DNA of 42,542 nucleotides from Piedraia hortae CBS 480.64 (Eukaryota): NCBI GenBank assembly GCA_010093745.1, contig MU006044.1, positions 1 to 42,542 of the forward strand, read 5' to 3'. Shown piece by piece: positions 30,757 to 41,660 of this stretch (position 1 is its first letter; each line of letters starts with the position of its first letter). The notes under the pieces were generated by a model. It saw only the letters and a program-made list of their open reading frames with translations, ran no database searches and was not told where the DNA came from. The position numbers and the translations under genes were made by a program.

Positions 30757-33402
30757 TTAATCTTCCGTGATATCACCATACTCCCACATACCCCTCCTCT
30801 CCTCCTCAGCTTGGGTCTGCTTTTGTTTCAGATCCTTGGTCGCCTCGGCGTTAGCGCGCTCCCATGGCCGGAGTCTCTTGGCGACCATTGCGTATCCGTT
30901 CTCGACAACCTCTGCGTTGACACTGTCCCTTACGCCAGAGGGGTTGCCGTTGGGATCCATGAGTGTGACGATGAGAGTGTTCCCCTCTGTGGCATCTACA
31001 GATGCAACGAGTTCCTTGTTCCAGACGACTTCTTCGATGAAGTGTGCGGCGTCGCTGGCGTATTCAGCATTGGTGGGGAATTGGATAAAGGAAAGGGTTG
31101 CATCAACGGCTTGCGGACGGAGCTTGGCTGCTCCGAAGCGGGATTCGTCAAGTGGACGCAGCGCATTCCAGGGCTGCGTCTCAGAATTGCCGTAGTCAAT
31201 GTAAAGCACTTCGCAGGTTTTGGCGGAATGGTCGTTTCGGCGAATACGTGCGCGATACCATTCCCCGTCAGAGCTGAAGCGGGCAGAGACGAGATCACCG
31301 ACTTTAGGGTCTGAGGGGAGAGAGGTGGAGCTGGTGTTGCTCTTGTGGAAGGATGAGAATTCTTTCATGAGAGTCTGTAGGGCGACTTTGTTGGTGAGCA
31401 TTTGCAATTTAAGATGGCAAGTAGTTGGGTCAACATAGGTTACGACGACATCGCGGTAGTCTTTCTTTGTCGACATTTCGCCGTTTGTGCCGTTTACAAC
31501 GATGGATTCGGCATCGGTGGCTTCTTCCTGCTTGTCCTGAGACGGGTCCCAGTTGTGCCACATGCCCTTGCGGGCCTCTTTAGCGCGGCTTTCGGCTGCA
31601 TACAGCTCCGCTGCGTTGCCCGATTTCTCGGCACTGTAAGCATGCACCGACGCGAGACCTTCCTCAACAAGGGCCTTGGCAAAATTCTCGCGGTTGATGT
31701 ACAACTGGCCTATGAAACCTCCGATCTTGTCTAAGCCCTCGACATCGACTTCCGCATCACGTTGCATGCACCGCTTGACGGCAAAATCGTGGGCTTCTTG
31801 ACCATAAGGCACGCCCTTCTCGTTGGGACCCCGAGCACTGCGTGGTGCGCAGATGCCGCCGAGGACAAGGGTTATCTTGGCATTTTCCCTCGGCACAAGA
31901 ATGGTGAAGCGGCTGCCAGACTTGACAAAATCGACGACAGCGGGAATCTTCTTTTGGCGGGAGAAAGTGGTCATTTGGCGCTTGGCCTTTTCAAGAGACT
32001 CACTGTAGTCAACATAGTGCGGAGTCTTTGGCGGCTTTGGGCTCCACATGCCCTTTTGACCACTCTGTGCCGCTTCTTCCGCTGCCAGGAGCGAATCGTA
32101 AATGGGACTGCGGTCTTGATCGTCCATGCGATGTCTGATGACGGACGCATATCCGTTTTCAACCAGTAAGAGGGCGACGTTGGTGTCGTTTAGCATTACA
32201 GTACACATTTCCCGTTCATCGTAGCCCTCACTGGCTGGCCGCTTGCCGTCAGTGGAGATTCTCACATGTTTTCCAATTACCCGCTTCCTTAAAAATTCTT
32301 TGGCATCGGCTCCAAACTGTGCCTGCTTGGGGTCAGTTGGCTTAGGCTGCCTAACGCTGCTGAGGCTAACGCGTTTTTCCTGACTCGACTTGGTCCGGAC
32401 AAATATCTGATCGGCAGAAAGAACTCTGCTGACTACCGCCTCTATCTCAGCCGATCCAGCCTTGTAAGTCGAATTGCCCTTGAAAACACCCAAGTTGCGC
32501 TCCCTGGCCCTGCGCTCTGCCTGCCGCAACTTGGCCATTTCGCTTCCGAGCATGGTAGAATGGTGATCGACGCATCTCGCCAGACCTTCTGAGAGCAGGA
32601 ATTCAGCAATACTGCCCAGCGCATGGCGCACTTCTCCAACCAGGACACCGTTGGGCGAGACTCCAAGGATCTTGGTCTTTACACCGCGCTGGAGCACTCT
32701 GTCCTCTACAAATATTTGAGCCTCGTTGCCAAGCGGCTCTGCCGGCTGCGTGGAACCGTCTGCAGGGTTAGTTCGGGCCGTGGCAGGCGCCTTGACCCCT
32801 GCCACTAACACCGGCACTTGCAAATGATGTTCGGGGGAGAGCATCAGGCGACATACAAGGCGGTCGCCGCTGACCACACGCTCCACAATCGAGTCCAACA
32901 ATTGACCTTTGTGTTGTTCGGCAAAGGTCTTGACATCTGGCGTATCCATCAATGTACCAATGGCGGGAACATGATTAGCCCAGACACCGACTCCGGCCGA
33001 TTTGGCATAGTTTTCGAGGCTCTGCAACTGGCTGAGAAGAGGTCCGGTGGCCGGATTGTCTGCAGCCTTCCGCTCTGCATCGTCCCGTAGCCGCACCCAG
33101 CCCTCCTGCACAATAACAGCGGGAAGCTGCTGGCCGCCGGGGAGGGTGACGACGCCGTAGTCGCGGTTGACGCCGCCAACCTTCTGCGGTACGCCGTAGA
33201 CAACGTGGAAGTGAACGTGTTTGCCGACGCACAGCTTACGGAGGATGTCGCGCGACTCGAACGCGCCAGGTTCGTTGGCCGCCAGCCGCGGTGCGCTAAC
33301 AAAGGCAAGACTGAGAGTCCGCTCTTGCCGGGATTTGCTTTGGAGGACCAAAGTGTCCCCTGACAGCACGCTTTTCACCCGGCCCTGCTGTAACGTCGCC
33401 AT
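30757..33402 (-). CDS. SND1: Tudor staphylococcal-nuclease protein (881 aa, intronless)
   Basis: Repeated SN domains (VKSVLSGDTL, VERVVSGDRL, VSRVLSADQI, VDFVKSGSRF), Tudor domain (SARFSSDGEWYRARI..YIDYGNSE), end RRGMWEYGDITED. Confidence 0.96.
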   Translation of the reverse strand: MATLQQGRVKSVLSGDTLVLQSKSRQERTLSLAFVSAPRLAANEPGAFESRDILRKLCVGKHVHFHVVYGVPQKVGGVNRDYGVVTLPGGQQLPAVIVQEGWVRLRDDAERKAADNPATGPLLSQLQSLENYAKSAGVGVWANHVPAIGTLMDTPDVKTFAEQHKGQLLDSIVERVVSGDRLVCRLMLSPEHHLQVPVLVAGVKAPATARTNPADGSTQPAEPLGNEAQIFVEDRVLQRGVKTKILGVSPNGVLVGEVRHALGSIAEFLLSEGLARCVDHHSTMLGSEMAKLRQAERRARERNLGVFKGNSTYKAGSAEIEAVVSRVLSADQIFVRTKSSQEKRVSLSSVRQPKPTDPKQAQFGADAKEFLRKRVIGKHVRISTDGKRPASEGYDEREMCTVMLNDTNVALLLVENGYASVIRHRMDDQDRSPIYDSLLAAEEAAQSGQKGMWSPKPPKTPHYVDYSESLEKAKRQMTTFSRQKKIPAVVDFVKSGSRFTILVPRENAKITLVLGGICAPRSARGPNEKGVPYGQEAHDFAVKRCMQRDAEVDVEGLDKIGGFIGQLYINRENFAKALVEEGLASVHAYSAEKSGNAAELYAAESRAKEARKGMWHNWDPSQDKQEEATDAESIVVNGTNGEMSTKKDYRDVVVTYVDPTTCHLKLQMLTNKVALQTLMKEFSSFHKSNTSSTSLPSDPKVGDLVSARFSSDGEWYRARIRRNDHSAKTCEVLYIDYGNSETQPWNALRPLDESRFGAAKLRPQAVDATLSFIQFPTNAEYASDAAHFIEEVVWNKELVASVDATEGNTLIVTLMDPNGNPSGVRDSVNAEVVENGYAMVAKRLRPWERANAEATKDLKQKQTQAEEERRGMWEYGDITED

Positions 33403-33613
33403 GTTTGTGTTGATCGTATGTCGTTGACAACTGGCCCTGGCCGCGTCCCTGCGTCGGGGCGGGCCGCCACAGGGTTCCAGTACGTCAATCTCGAATATCA
33501 CGTATTAATATACCTACTCAGAAAAGCGACACTTGGCACGCAGACATGGCATAACCTGCCAACATCTAAAGAATTGTCTGTGCAAATGTAGAAAATGCAG
33601 ATGAATTATGCCC

Positions 33614-35305
33614 CTACTGCCTACTTGGCGTCCCTGGGCTCTTCCTTGCAAGACTGGCAAAATATTCCTCCAACTTCTCCACGGGAAGGTCCTTGTGCGA
33701 GCTCGCCGCCCTTGGAGTGCCCAGAAAATCCCTTTTGGGCGTCGGCGTTGCAGCTCCCGCCCCAGTCGAGCCCGATAGGCTGACAGGCGACATACCGCCA
33801 TCTTCATGCCCCTGTGCCCTCTTTAGCCTCTCAATAACCGCCTCTGCCGTAGCTGTATTGTAGGATACACCGCCCACATTGAATGAGACATCGCCGAGTC
33901 CATTCAGCGCTCCGTTCGGCTCGCCAGACAGGGAGCTGATGCCACGAGGGTTATACATCCCAGAAGGAGGGACGGGCTTCTTATTCGAGTCAGACGCTTC
34001 TAGAGATTTCAGATGTGTACGCATCTCTGCCAGAAACTCTTGGTCAGGTTTTGTGACGACTTCAATCTTGGGCGGTTTGGGGGCACGGTGGGCATGCGGG
34101 TCTTGCACTGTTGCTTCGTATGTGCGTATTGCGGATGGTTGAGAAGGAGTTTCTTCGTCTTCGGCAGTTGAGGCAAAGACATCTGCCTCACCTTCAGCTG
34201 CACCTTCTGTGGCCTGAGGCCCAACGTCCTTGGGGACTAAAGGAATGAAATCCAGGTCGTGCATCCATTCCTCAAGCAGACTCTCGGGCGAAAAGGTTTC
34301 AGACAGTAATCGAATCTTGCCGGCACTGTCCCACCCACTAGGCACGGTTATGGCCGAGCGGTCGACTACGTTATGTTTGGGTGCGAGATCATCCCTTTTT
34401 GCGGGTGTAGCAGCTCCCTTTGCAGGGATAGGGGACAGAGGAACGAGGTCCATACCCATACTGGTATATATCACTTTTTGCAGTTCGGAAAGCGGCGAAC
34501 CTGGTTGTTGCGGTGGTGCATTGCCCGTATACACCAGCGACGCGGCCACGGGTAGGACGCAGGTGCGTAGAGATTGCGATATGTAATCAAAGCACTCATC
34601 ATTGTACCCTTCTCTGCCGAGTTCTTCCTGTGCGTCTACATGTTGGACTATGACGTTCAGAGAAACTCCGCTGGCCCTGATTACCTCCAGTGGATCGTCT
34701 TGTGGTGCATTGGGCGGGAGTAATGCTCTCGCCAGTAACTGAATCCATTTACGCAATAGGTCCAAGAACAACCACGGTTTTTTCCACGAGAGAAGCACAA
34801 CAACGGCTGGTTCATGGCTCTCCTCTTCAACTTCATCCCCATCTGCTGTGGCAACCTTTCGCTCCAAAACTCGTCTCAGCACATCTACATAGGCCACGTC
34901 CGGTTCAGGAAGAGTGTGGATTTGCAGTTTCGCTGCCTCTTCGCTCTCCGCGCCCAAAGCTCCTACACTCTGTCTCTGGAGCGAGTAGAGGGTCAGATGG
35001 CCGTAGCCAATGGCGAATTGGTTGCTAAGCCGCACCTGGCCCAGAGGTTTCTGCGGCCGCTGATCCTTGTTCCTTCCCGGGGCTACCGGCTGCGCTGGGC
35101 GTGCAAGGCTCTGCACAAATTGGTCTTGATCGGCAGGGTAGCCACCGCAGACGAGGAGTTCTCGCTGTTGAACTGCATGGCTGCGGGATCGCCGGGCTTG
35201 CGCTTCCCGCGTCTGGCGCAATAGGTTCCACCAAATATCATTGCGCTGTTCCTTTTTTCTTCGCACTACCGGCTGTGGAGCTGTATTCCTCATCGTCATC
35301 GCCAT
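33614..35305 (-). CDS. Cytoplasmic dynein light intermediate chain
   Basis: LSNQFAIGYG, LLSWKKPWLF, FDYISQSLRT...ASLVY, KHNVVDRSAITVPSGWDSAGKIRLLSETF, DQEFL, VSFNVGG, C-terminal LEEYFASL helix. Confidence 0.88.
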   Translation of the reverse strand: MAMTMRNTAPQPVVRRKKEQRNDIWWNLLRQTREAQARRSRSHAVQQRELLVCGGYPADQDQFVQSLARPAQPVAPGRNKDQRPQKPLGQVRLSNQFAIGYGHLTLYSLQRQSVGALGAESEEAAKLQIHTLPEPDVAYVDVLRRVLERKVATADGDEVEEESHEPAVVVLLSWKKPWLFLDLLRKWIQLLARALLPPNAPQDDPLEVIRASGVSLNVIVQHVDAQEELGREGYNDECFDYISQSLRTCVLPVAASLVYTGNAPPQQPGSPLSELQKVIYTSMGMDLVPLSPIPAKGAATPAKRDDLAPKHNVVDRSAITVPSGWDSAGKIRLLSETFSPESLLEEWMHDLDFIPLVPKDVGPQATEGAAEGEADVFASTAEDEETPSQPSAIRTYEATVQDPHAHRAPKPPKIEVVTKPDQEFLAEMRTHLKSLEASDSNKKPVPPSGMYNPRGISSLSGEPNGALNGLGDVSFNVGGVSYNTATAEAVIERLKRAQGHEDGGMSPVSLSGSTGAGAATPTPKRDFLGTPRAASSHKDLPVEKLEEYFASLARKSPGTPSRQ

Positions 35306-37749
35306 GTTTGGATGTCTCGTTGTCGCAAGTTGTGTTATTAAAGGTAACGGATGTAACGGAAAAACCGACAGCTGCTAGCCTGAACTGCAATCATCCAGGT
35401 CAGAAGTTTTTATAGTCATTCTGTTCTTGGCGCACACTTCTGTTACTCCGCACCATGATTTTGACCGTCGCGTATTGATATCCAACTTGGTTTTTCGTAT
35501 GCTCCGGAAGCTCCTCAGAATGAATATCCCGAGTTTGGACAATTTCTATGTATGACCCCTGTGCACAACTGTGGACTGTACCAAGACGTACTATCGAGGG
35601 GCTCGGCAACATGTTCTTCAGTAGTCCAGGCAGAAGTGCTGGTATTGAGAACACCTTCTTGTATGGTCTTAATTCGGCATTTTCAAGTCAAGACTGTGAG
35701 TAGTGACAGTCTCGTCCATCGGCCAAGGATGAGAAGAAGAACAAGCAGATTGGTATCAAATTCCACCAGAATATCTATGGATATGACGAAGATTCAGGAT
35801 GGACCTTCCTACTTCTCGAGGGCCATGTTCCAGTGAGAGCTGCCCGCACCAGATATACCGACGCCTCCCGCGAGAGTGTGGTATGTTGTTGCTGGCCGAT
35901 ATCAGCAATTGTTACCTAGTGGGTGACCAGGCGTTGTCCTGTTAGCACTGGGTCCACATGGGTCTAATGTCAACGAGACCTTCGAAACCATCCAATACCT
36001 AGAAGGCTAGACAATGGTGTAGAGAAGTTGGAAATATTCTATCCGTCCAACGTCTGGCCGAATGCCAGCACACATTCGGCTTCCTCTTGATCCGGAATTA
36101 GTGGATACGTAAGATTACATCACACTTTTTCCCAAGCGGTTGCGGCAAGCCTTCCACCCGGGAGCACTCGAGGCTGCACCCAATAACGTAAATGAGCAAG
36201 GTACTGACTCATATGCAAAAGTGTCATGCCGCCCAAGAACGGGAGATGCTGGCCTTGTTGCTTTACACGATCAGTGGAAGTATTGTCTGGAAGGCGCACA
36301 GATAATGGTACTAACAATCAATACTACCTTGTCTTTTCTTGATTTCCTGTTGCCGGCAGCCAAAGAAAAGTTGTAGAGAATGCCAGAACAGAGCGAGGCT
36401 AAGTTTTGAGAATGTCGGAAGAGTTCTCGGCGTGGAAACCGATAAGAAGTCTGAGGCCTCAAGCCGTAGACATGTGGTCTTGCATGGTCAAGAACTTTTT
36501 GAGACCTTCAATCGTGTCTGATGCCGCAAACCAGGCAGTTGAGGAAATGCCTTTATCCACTAACGAGGGCCTTTTGTCGTGGAATAAAGTCCATATGGTT
36601 ATGGAGGCTGATGTGAAGGAACGCCTGGAGGATCTAGTCCTCGCCTACAACTTCCAGAATGCCGTTCAGGACCCTGGTTCCTCTCCACCCTTAGATCCCT
36701 GCAAGCACCAGATCCTCGTCGGAAGAGTGCCTGTCGCAGAAATCGGGTCCGTAGCGATTTACATCATCTGGACGCCAGCCCAAGCATTCGAACCGATATA
36801 GAAGGGAATCTATCCTCAGATTGTAACGAGTTCGTTCAAAACTTGATCTCTGTTATTTTGCACCAATTCCGTGCTTTACTTAGAATCAGCTATCCGTGGG
36901 ACCAGGCACCGGCAGTCTGAATGCCTCCTACCATCACGCCTTTATGCCTCATCAAGCCTCTCAGAGATGAGCCCGAGTTCCAGGAGTTGGATCGAGAGCA
37001 TCTGGAATCTCTTGACCGCAGCGCATCATTCAGCAGCAACAAGGCCTTTTCCTTTCCATTCTTGTTTACCGACAGAGCATCCGCAACCGCAATTGACGAG
37101 CAAACGTTTTCCCGTTGACGCTAGGTTCCAAGTTCCCGGTTGAGTGGTATGCTTATTTGCAACTAAAGCATGAGGAACTTTCACAAGCATATGCTATGTT
37201 GTTGCCAAAGTTTGCAAAAGCTTCCACATGACTTATTTAATCTCGAAAAAAAAGTACATCAAACTTAACATACATATGCTTGATGTGAGAAAAGTACACA
37301 AAACTTTCACACGCATATGCTATTTCGATGTATATATATACAACGACTTTCACGTAATACATTTGATTGTAAAAAAGCACATATGATCGTGCTCGAAGTA
37401 CACCTCTTTCAAGTTGAGTCCATTGTTGACGCGAGTATAGTGGGGAATCCATCAGGACAATTGACCGATATGAAACCGAGGTTAGTGGGACCGCCTTACC
37501 CAGCCTGGTCCTGTGAGTAAGTTTAGGCAGTAGTACATTGTTTCAGTCATAGCTGAACGCGTTTTCTCGGTCGGGCTCGGACATCACAATCGAAATTGGA
37601 AGTTAGAGGCTCGAAAATGGAAGTTCAGCTGTCTCGTCGCACGCCACTAGAATGGAAGTATACCTTGCTGGCTGTTGGCCTCTAACGTGTTTCTGCGTAC
37701 ATCTCGCGGGATTTTAAGCCTCACATGAGTTTAAGGGCACCCTAGTCTC

Positions 37750-38114
37750 TGTTGGATTCAAGCATCGCCACTAGCGCGTATGCGGGGCACTTGCATAGCA
37801 AGTCAGCGATACCTCCTACATTACCGGTTGCACCCTAGGTTTTTCCCTCACAGAGGTTTCCCCTCAGGGTCATGTCATATGTGACATGGCGAATGCGCCC
37901 TGCTAGTGTACGACGTGACGTCACCGGCCCACCGGTACATAATATTTATTCTGACGTCCCCTCATAGAGATTATAGTCATTCACACTGTCATATCGACAC
38001 TGGTATTGACTCATATCCATATTCATCTGCATCTGTCCTATACCTGTTTCCATCTATCGCTTCGCCCTCCTCGGGCTGCTGCGCACTCTCACCCACGGGA
38101 GCCCAATCGCTACA
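37750..38114 (+). mobile_element. Solo LTR, type B full length (365 bp), TSD GTCTC/GTCTG
   Basis: TGTTGGATTCAAGC...ATCGCTACA; 4/5 matching flanks at 37745-37749 and 38115-38119. Confidence 0.92.
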
Positions 38115-38408
38115 GTCTGGAGCCCTAGCTTGGCCTAACTCTATGTGAACCTTATTTGACACGCTATAAAAACGCAATACATCCAGGGCGGAGATTTCAT
38201 TCGAGCTGCATAATCATCTCTTCAAAGTCGCCAGTCCAAGTTCAGCTACATCGTTAAAGGCCATACCTACGTCAAGCTGTGTTGGTGATACAGCCGCGCC
38301 AACGCACATAAATTGAGCGCGATGAGTGCGACTGTGAAGTGAAGGCGTTGCGTTGTGCTGCACACGCTTTGAGGCTACTAAGATGGTTTGGTAGAAAGGT
38401 GCCACTTG

Positions 38409-39368
38409 CTACAGCACATCTACTGATTTTTCCGGCTCCTTGCGGTCATTAGCTTCAGCATCAGCCATGTACCCGAGAATTTCCTTCGCAGCCTTTCTGA
38501 CATTCTCATCATCATAATTCTCCGCCATTTCAGTAAACCTCTTCTTCCAGAAGTCCCAACGCTGCTGGCCATTATCAAACTTCTTGACGCCTTCCGGCTC
38601 CTCCTGAGAAGTCCAGCCCGTCTCGACCGTGTCCGACTTCACAACCATGCGATAAATCTCCTTGCCATAAGAACGAAACCTGTATGCCATAGCCGGGATT
38701 TCAAAATCAAACTTGATCCCAAAGAAAGGTTCTCCCACATCCTTCGCGTCATCCTTCTGCTCCAGGCAGCGGATGATATAGACAATGTCAGTGTAGCTGG
38801 GGAGGAAGATACCGTGAGCAATGATACGCGCCGTCAAATCTTGCATTTCTAGGTAAGTGCGACGTTCAGATTCGAGCTCTTTAGGGTCGTCCTTGTACTT
38901 GTCGTGGGCTACGCCAGGTTCAGGGTAGTAGAACTCGTGCAGAGCCGCGCCAAAGTATGGTATACCTTTCCAGGTGAGTAGCTCATTGTTGGCAGGGTTC
39001 TTCGCTTCACCCTTGTGCATCTTGTCAGGGATTTTGGAGATTGCATCCAACAAATTGAACATATCCTCGACGCGGTTCTCGGGGCAAGCGAGAAGGGTTG
39101 AGAGGATGATGCTCCAAAGAGAATCCAGGGCCACCAATTGAGGGGTGTACGAATATTCGACTTTGGGAACGGGGTTGGTGGATATCGGACGCGTGATGGC
39201 ATATGCTGCGTCTTCAGTGTTCTTCTCGCCGAAGTAAAACGATTTCAACACATCAACTTCCTGTGACAGCCACTCCTGCAAATCGGGTAGCTCTTCGCAG
39301 CAATCCTTGAGCTTGTCAAACCACGCGGACGTAAGCGCGTTGCCATTGGAACCTGGGAGGCCGACCAT
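38409..39368 (-). CDS. Conserved fungal hypothetical protein, DUF3632-like (319 aa)
   Basis: AAYAITRPI, LLDAISKIPD, LTWKGIPYFG and RWDFWKKRF..M..AE motifs; ATG at 39368. Confidence 0.7.
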   Translation of the reverse strand: MVGLPGSNGNALTSAWFDKLKDCCEELPDLQEWLSQEVDVLKSFYFGEKNTEDAAYAITRPISTNPVPKVEYSYTPQLVALDSLWSIILSTLLACPENRVEDMFNLLDAISKIPDKMHKGEAKNPANNELLTWKGIPYFGAALHEFYYPEPGVAHDKYKDDPKELESERRTYLEMQDLTARIIAHGIFLPSYTDIVYIIRCLEQKDDAKDVGEPFFGIKFDFEIPAMAYRFRSYGKEIYRMVVKSDTVETGWTSQEEPEGVKKFDNGQQRWDFWKKRFTEMAENYDDENVRKAAKEILGYMADAEANDRKEPEKSVDVL

Positions 39369-40769
39369 GTTGTTAGAGTTGAGAGTGTGAGCTTGTTGAA
39401 GTAAATAAGTTACGTGGTTTTCAGGCGCGCAAGTCACATGAGTCATTGAAAATACTGAGCTTGTTTGTGGTTGGTGCACGCCATGCACCAGCGCTGCACG
39501 AAGTGGGGCAAGGCTGCAAGGCTGAGTCATGCAGGCTGCCTTCAACCAACGTCACCCATGTAAACTTGTTGGTTTCAAGTCCACCAATTTTTGTTATGTT
39601 CTATTCTCGGAATGACGGTGCAGTGATGCTTCAGCGTAACTGAATACAACGAAACTCCAAAAAGGAATGGGCAGTGCGAAGCCAGAACCGCAATGCATCA
39701 CGTGACTGGGCTATGATCTTGAAGGTAGCAGGTCGTACACGCTGCGGAAAACATCGCTCCCGGGGAAATTCCGGCACAACACAAGACCAACCAATTAACT
39801 CTCATCGCCACCATGTGGTATGTGTTTAGGAAGAGACGAGATGACTTCGTAGCCACATCGAAGCAAGTACTTGGCGCAACCTTAATGGCGACCTTTCCGA
39901 GAACACGGAGAAGAACCTCGCGAGATCTGCTCCAAAATTGTCAAGAGTAGCGTAACTGGTTATCAGAGCTACTGCCACGAATTTAACCATTGTCTGGACA
40001 GATTAATTGCTTCCTGGTTTAGCTATGAAGGCATTCTAGCTAGGCACGTCTCCACAGAAGGCTGAGTGATCGGCTACTAGTGGCCCTGTACGCCAAAGCG
40101 TTTACAATTACAACCGCAGCAACAATGACCCCTGTGTTGTTGTCTCGAGAGAGCTCAGACCGCCGGGATTCAGAGCATCAGTACCAGATCTATGCGTCTG
40201 GTTGGATATGTCTGGTTCTTATCTAATGCACAGCACATCTAAGCGCAGCGATGCGTTGGTTTTCTGGGAAATGAGAGCCGAAACAACATTCCAGTGCTCT
40301 TCGTGGCATTACAGGGCAAAGTCCAAAGTAGGATTGCCACAATGGTCATGGCGTAAACGACAGCAGAAATATTTCAGTGCGATCGTTACCAACGAAGACA
40401 ACATCAGAGTAACGCATAGTTTCAACGCTTTCTGGGACTGGTCCCCAACATATGCTCGAGCTGCAGATCCGTTGGAAACATGCAAAGTGTAGATATCCAA
40501 CTGCACGCAAATCTATGATGTTTGAGGAAAGCAGCGTGAGCAGTATCCATTCTTTCGCTGTTTCACGGGTGGACTTCCAACAACGCCAACAGAGCGTGCA
40601 CCAACGCACCAAGATACCAACTTATTTCGGAGATGGCCAGAATGCTCAAGACGTTTGGCGGTCGAAAATAATCTTGGTATATATTGAACTCCAAGCTTTC
40701 CGTCAACTCATCTTCCCACCAGACCTTAATCCAAACCAAAGCTTCAATCTCCCCAATAACTCGTTCATC

Positions 40770-41660
40770 ATGCACACCTCTATGTTGCTCATTCCCCTCT
40801 TACTATTCTCTTTCGGCAATGCCATGCCGGCAGGATCGCCGAATGAGCTGGGCTCAAGCAATACCGCCAATGACCTGAATGCACCGGACGAGCACCGATT
40901 CGGGGGCCTTCCCAAAATTCCAAAATTTAAGCCCAAGTCCCCGAAAACAAAGCATCATGAGGAAACGCCGACCCCCGAGGCTCCTAACAGCCCGCACTCG
41001 CCCAAACATCCTCAGGCGACAGAGGCACCTCATGGACATCATGGCCCCCAACCAGACCATGAACCTGATGAACCGCGAATTCCCACTAGACCGCGCCTTC
41101 CCCATGGTCCACACAAGCCCACTAGTAAACACAACCCTACTGGGCCTCACAACCATCACACTACAGGACTGCACCAACCCACTGCAACGCATCACCACAC
41201 CAGCCCACACACCACCAGCAAGCACCACCCATTAGAGACAACGCCCCATGCGACACTTCACGCTTTCCCTATCCACGACATGGGCAAAATCAACTGCGGA
41301 ACAACCCCTGTAGCAGCCCAGGACATCCAACGCGCCATGATGTGGGGCGCTTCTCTAGCCCATTACCGTGCGAAAGTACGCTCAAGGTCGGGCCGCGAGT
41401 ATCCCGCGGGGTTCGGGAACCAGGAGGATTTCACCTGGCAGTCTGACAAGTGCCGAATGATGCCCAATGCAATCAAGGAGATGCCAGTCATTAGGGGGGG
41501 TCTCTTCGGCCAGCACACCCATGAGCCTGGCATACATCGTGTCATGTACGTCTTCAGTGATAATGCGATTCACTACTGCGGAACCACTTACCACAAAGTC
41601 GGAAATCGGAACTCGGGCTGCGATGTGATGAATCGTAGCGAGCGCAGGGCCGCGCCTTGA
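40770..41660 (+). CDS. Secreted protein with His/Pro-rich spacer and C-terminal RNase T1/N1-family domain (296 aa)
   Basis: Signal peptide MHTSMLLIPLLLFSFGNA; NCG..DIQRA..G, YPAGFGNQEDF, KEMPV, PGIHRVMY, YCGTTYH align with RNase T1 TCG, YPHKYNNYEGF, YEWPI, PGADRVVF, LAGVITH. Confidence 0.82.
   Translation: MHTSMLLIPLLLFSFGNAMPAGSPNELGSSNTANDLNAPDEHRFGGLPKIPKFKPKSPKTKHHEETPTPEAPNSPHSPKHPQATEAPHGHHGPQPDHEPDEPRIPTRPRLPHGPHKPTSKHNPTGPHNHHTTGLHQPTATHHHTSPHTTSKHHPLETTPHATLHAFPIHDMGKINCGTTPVAAQDIQRAMMWGASLAHYRAKVRSRSGREYPAGFGNQEDFTWQSDKCRMMPNAIKEMPVIRGGLFGQHTHEPGIHRVMYVFSDNAIHYCGTTYHKVGNRNSGCDVMNRSERRAAP

Noticed and set aside
35905..35945. GTGGGTGACCA, resembling the 5S internal promoter
   Set aside because: The match is only ~11 nt and the rest of a 5S sequence is absent.
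35400..37150. Possible amidase-like pseudogene (YSIRPTSGRMP)
   Set aside because: The GGSSGG and GSDTGGS signatures are not recoverable; one motif is not enough.
40452..40769. Upstream in-frame extension of the RNase ORF
   Set aside because: The signal peptide begins at the ATG at 40770; the extension does not look coding.
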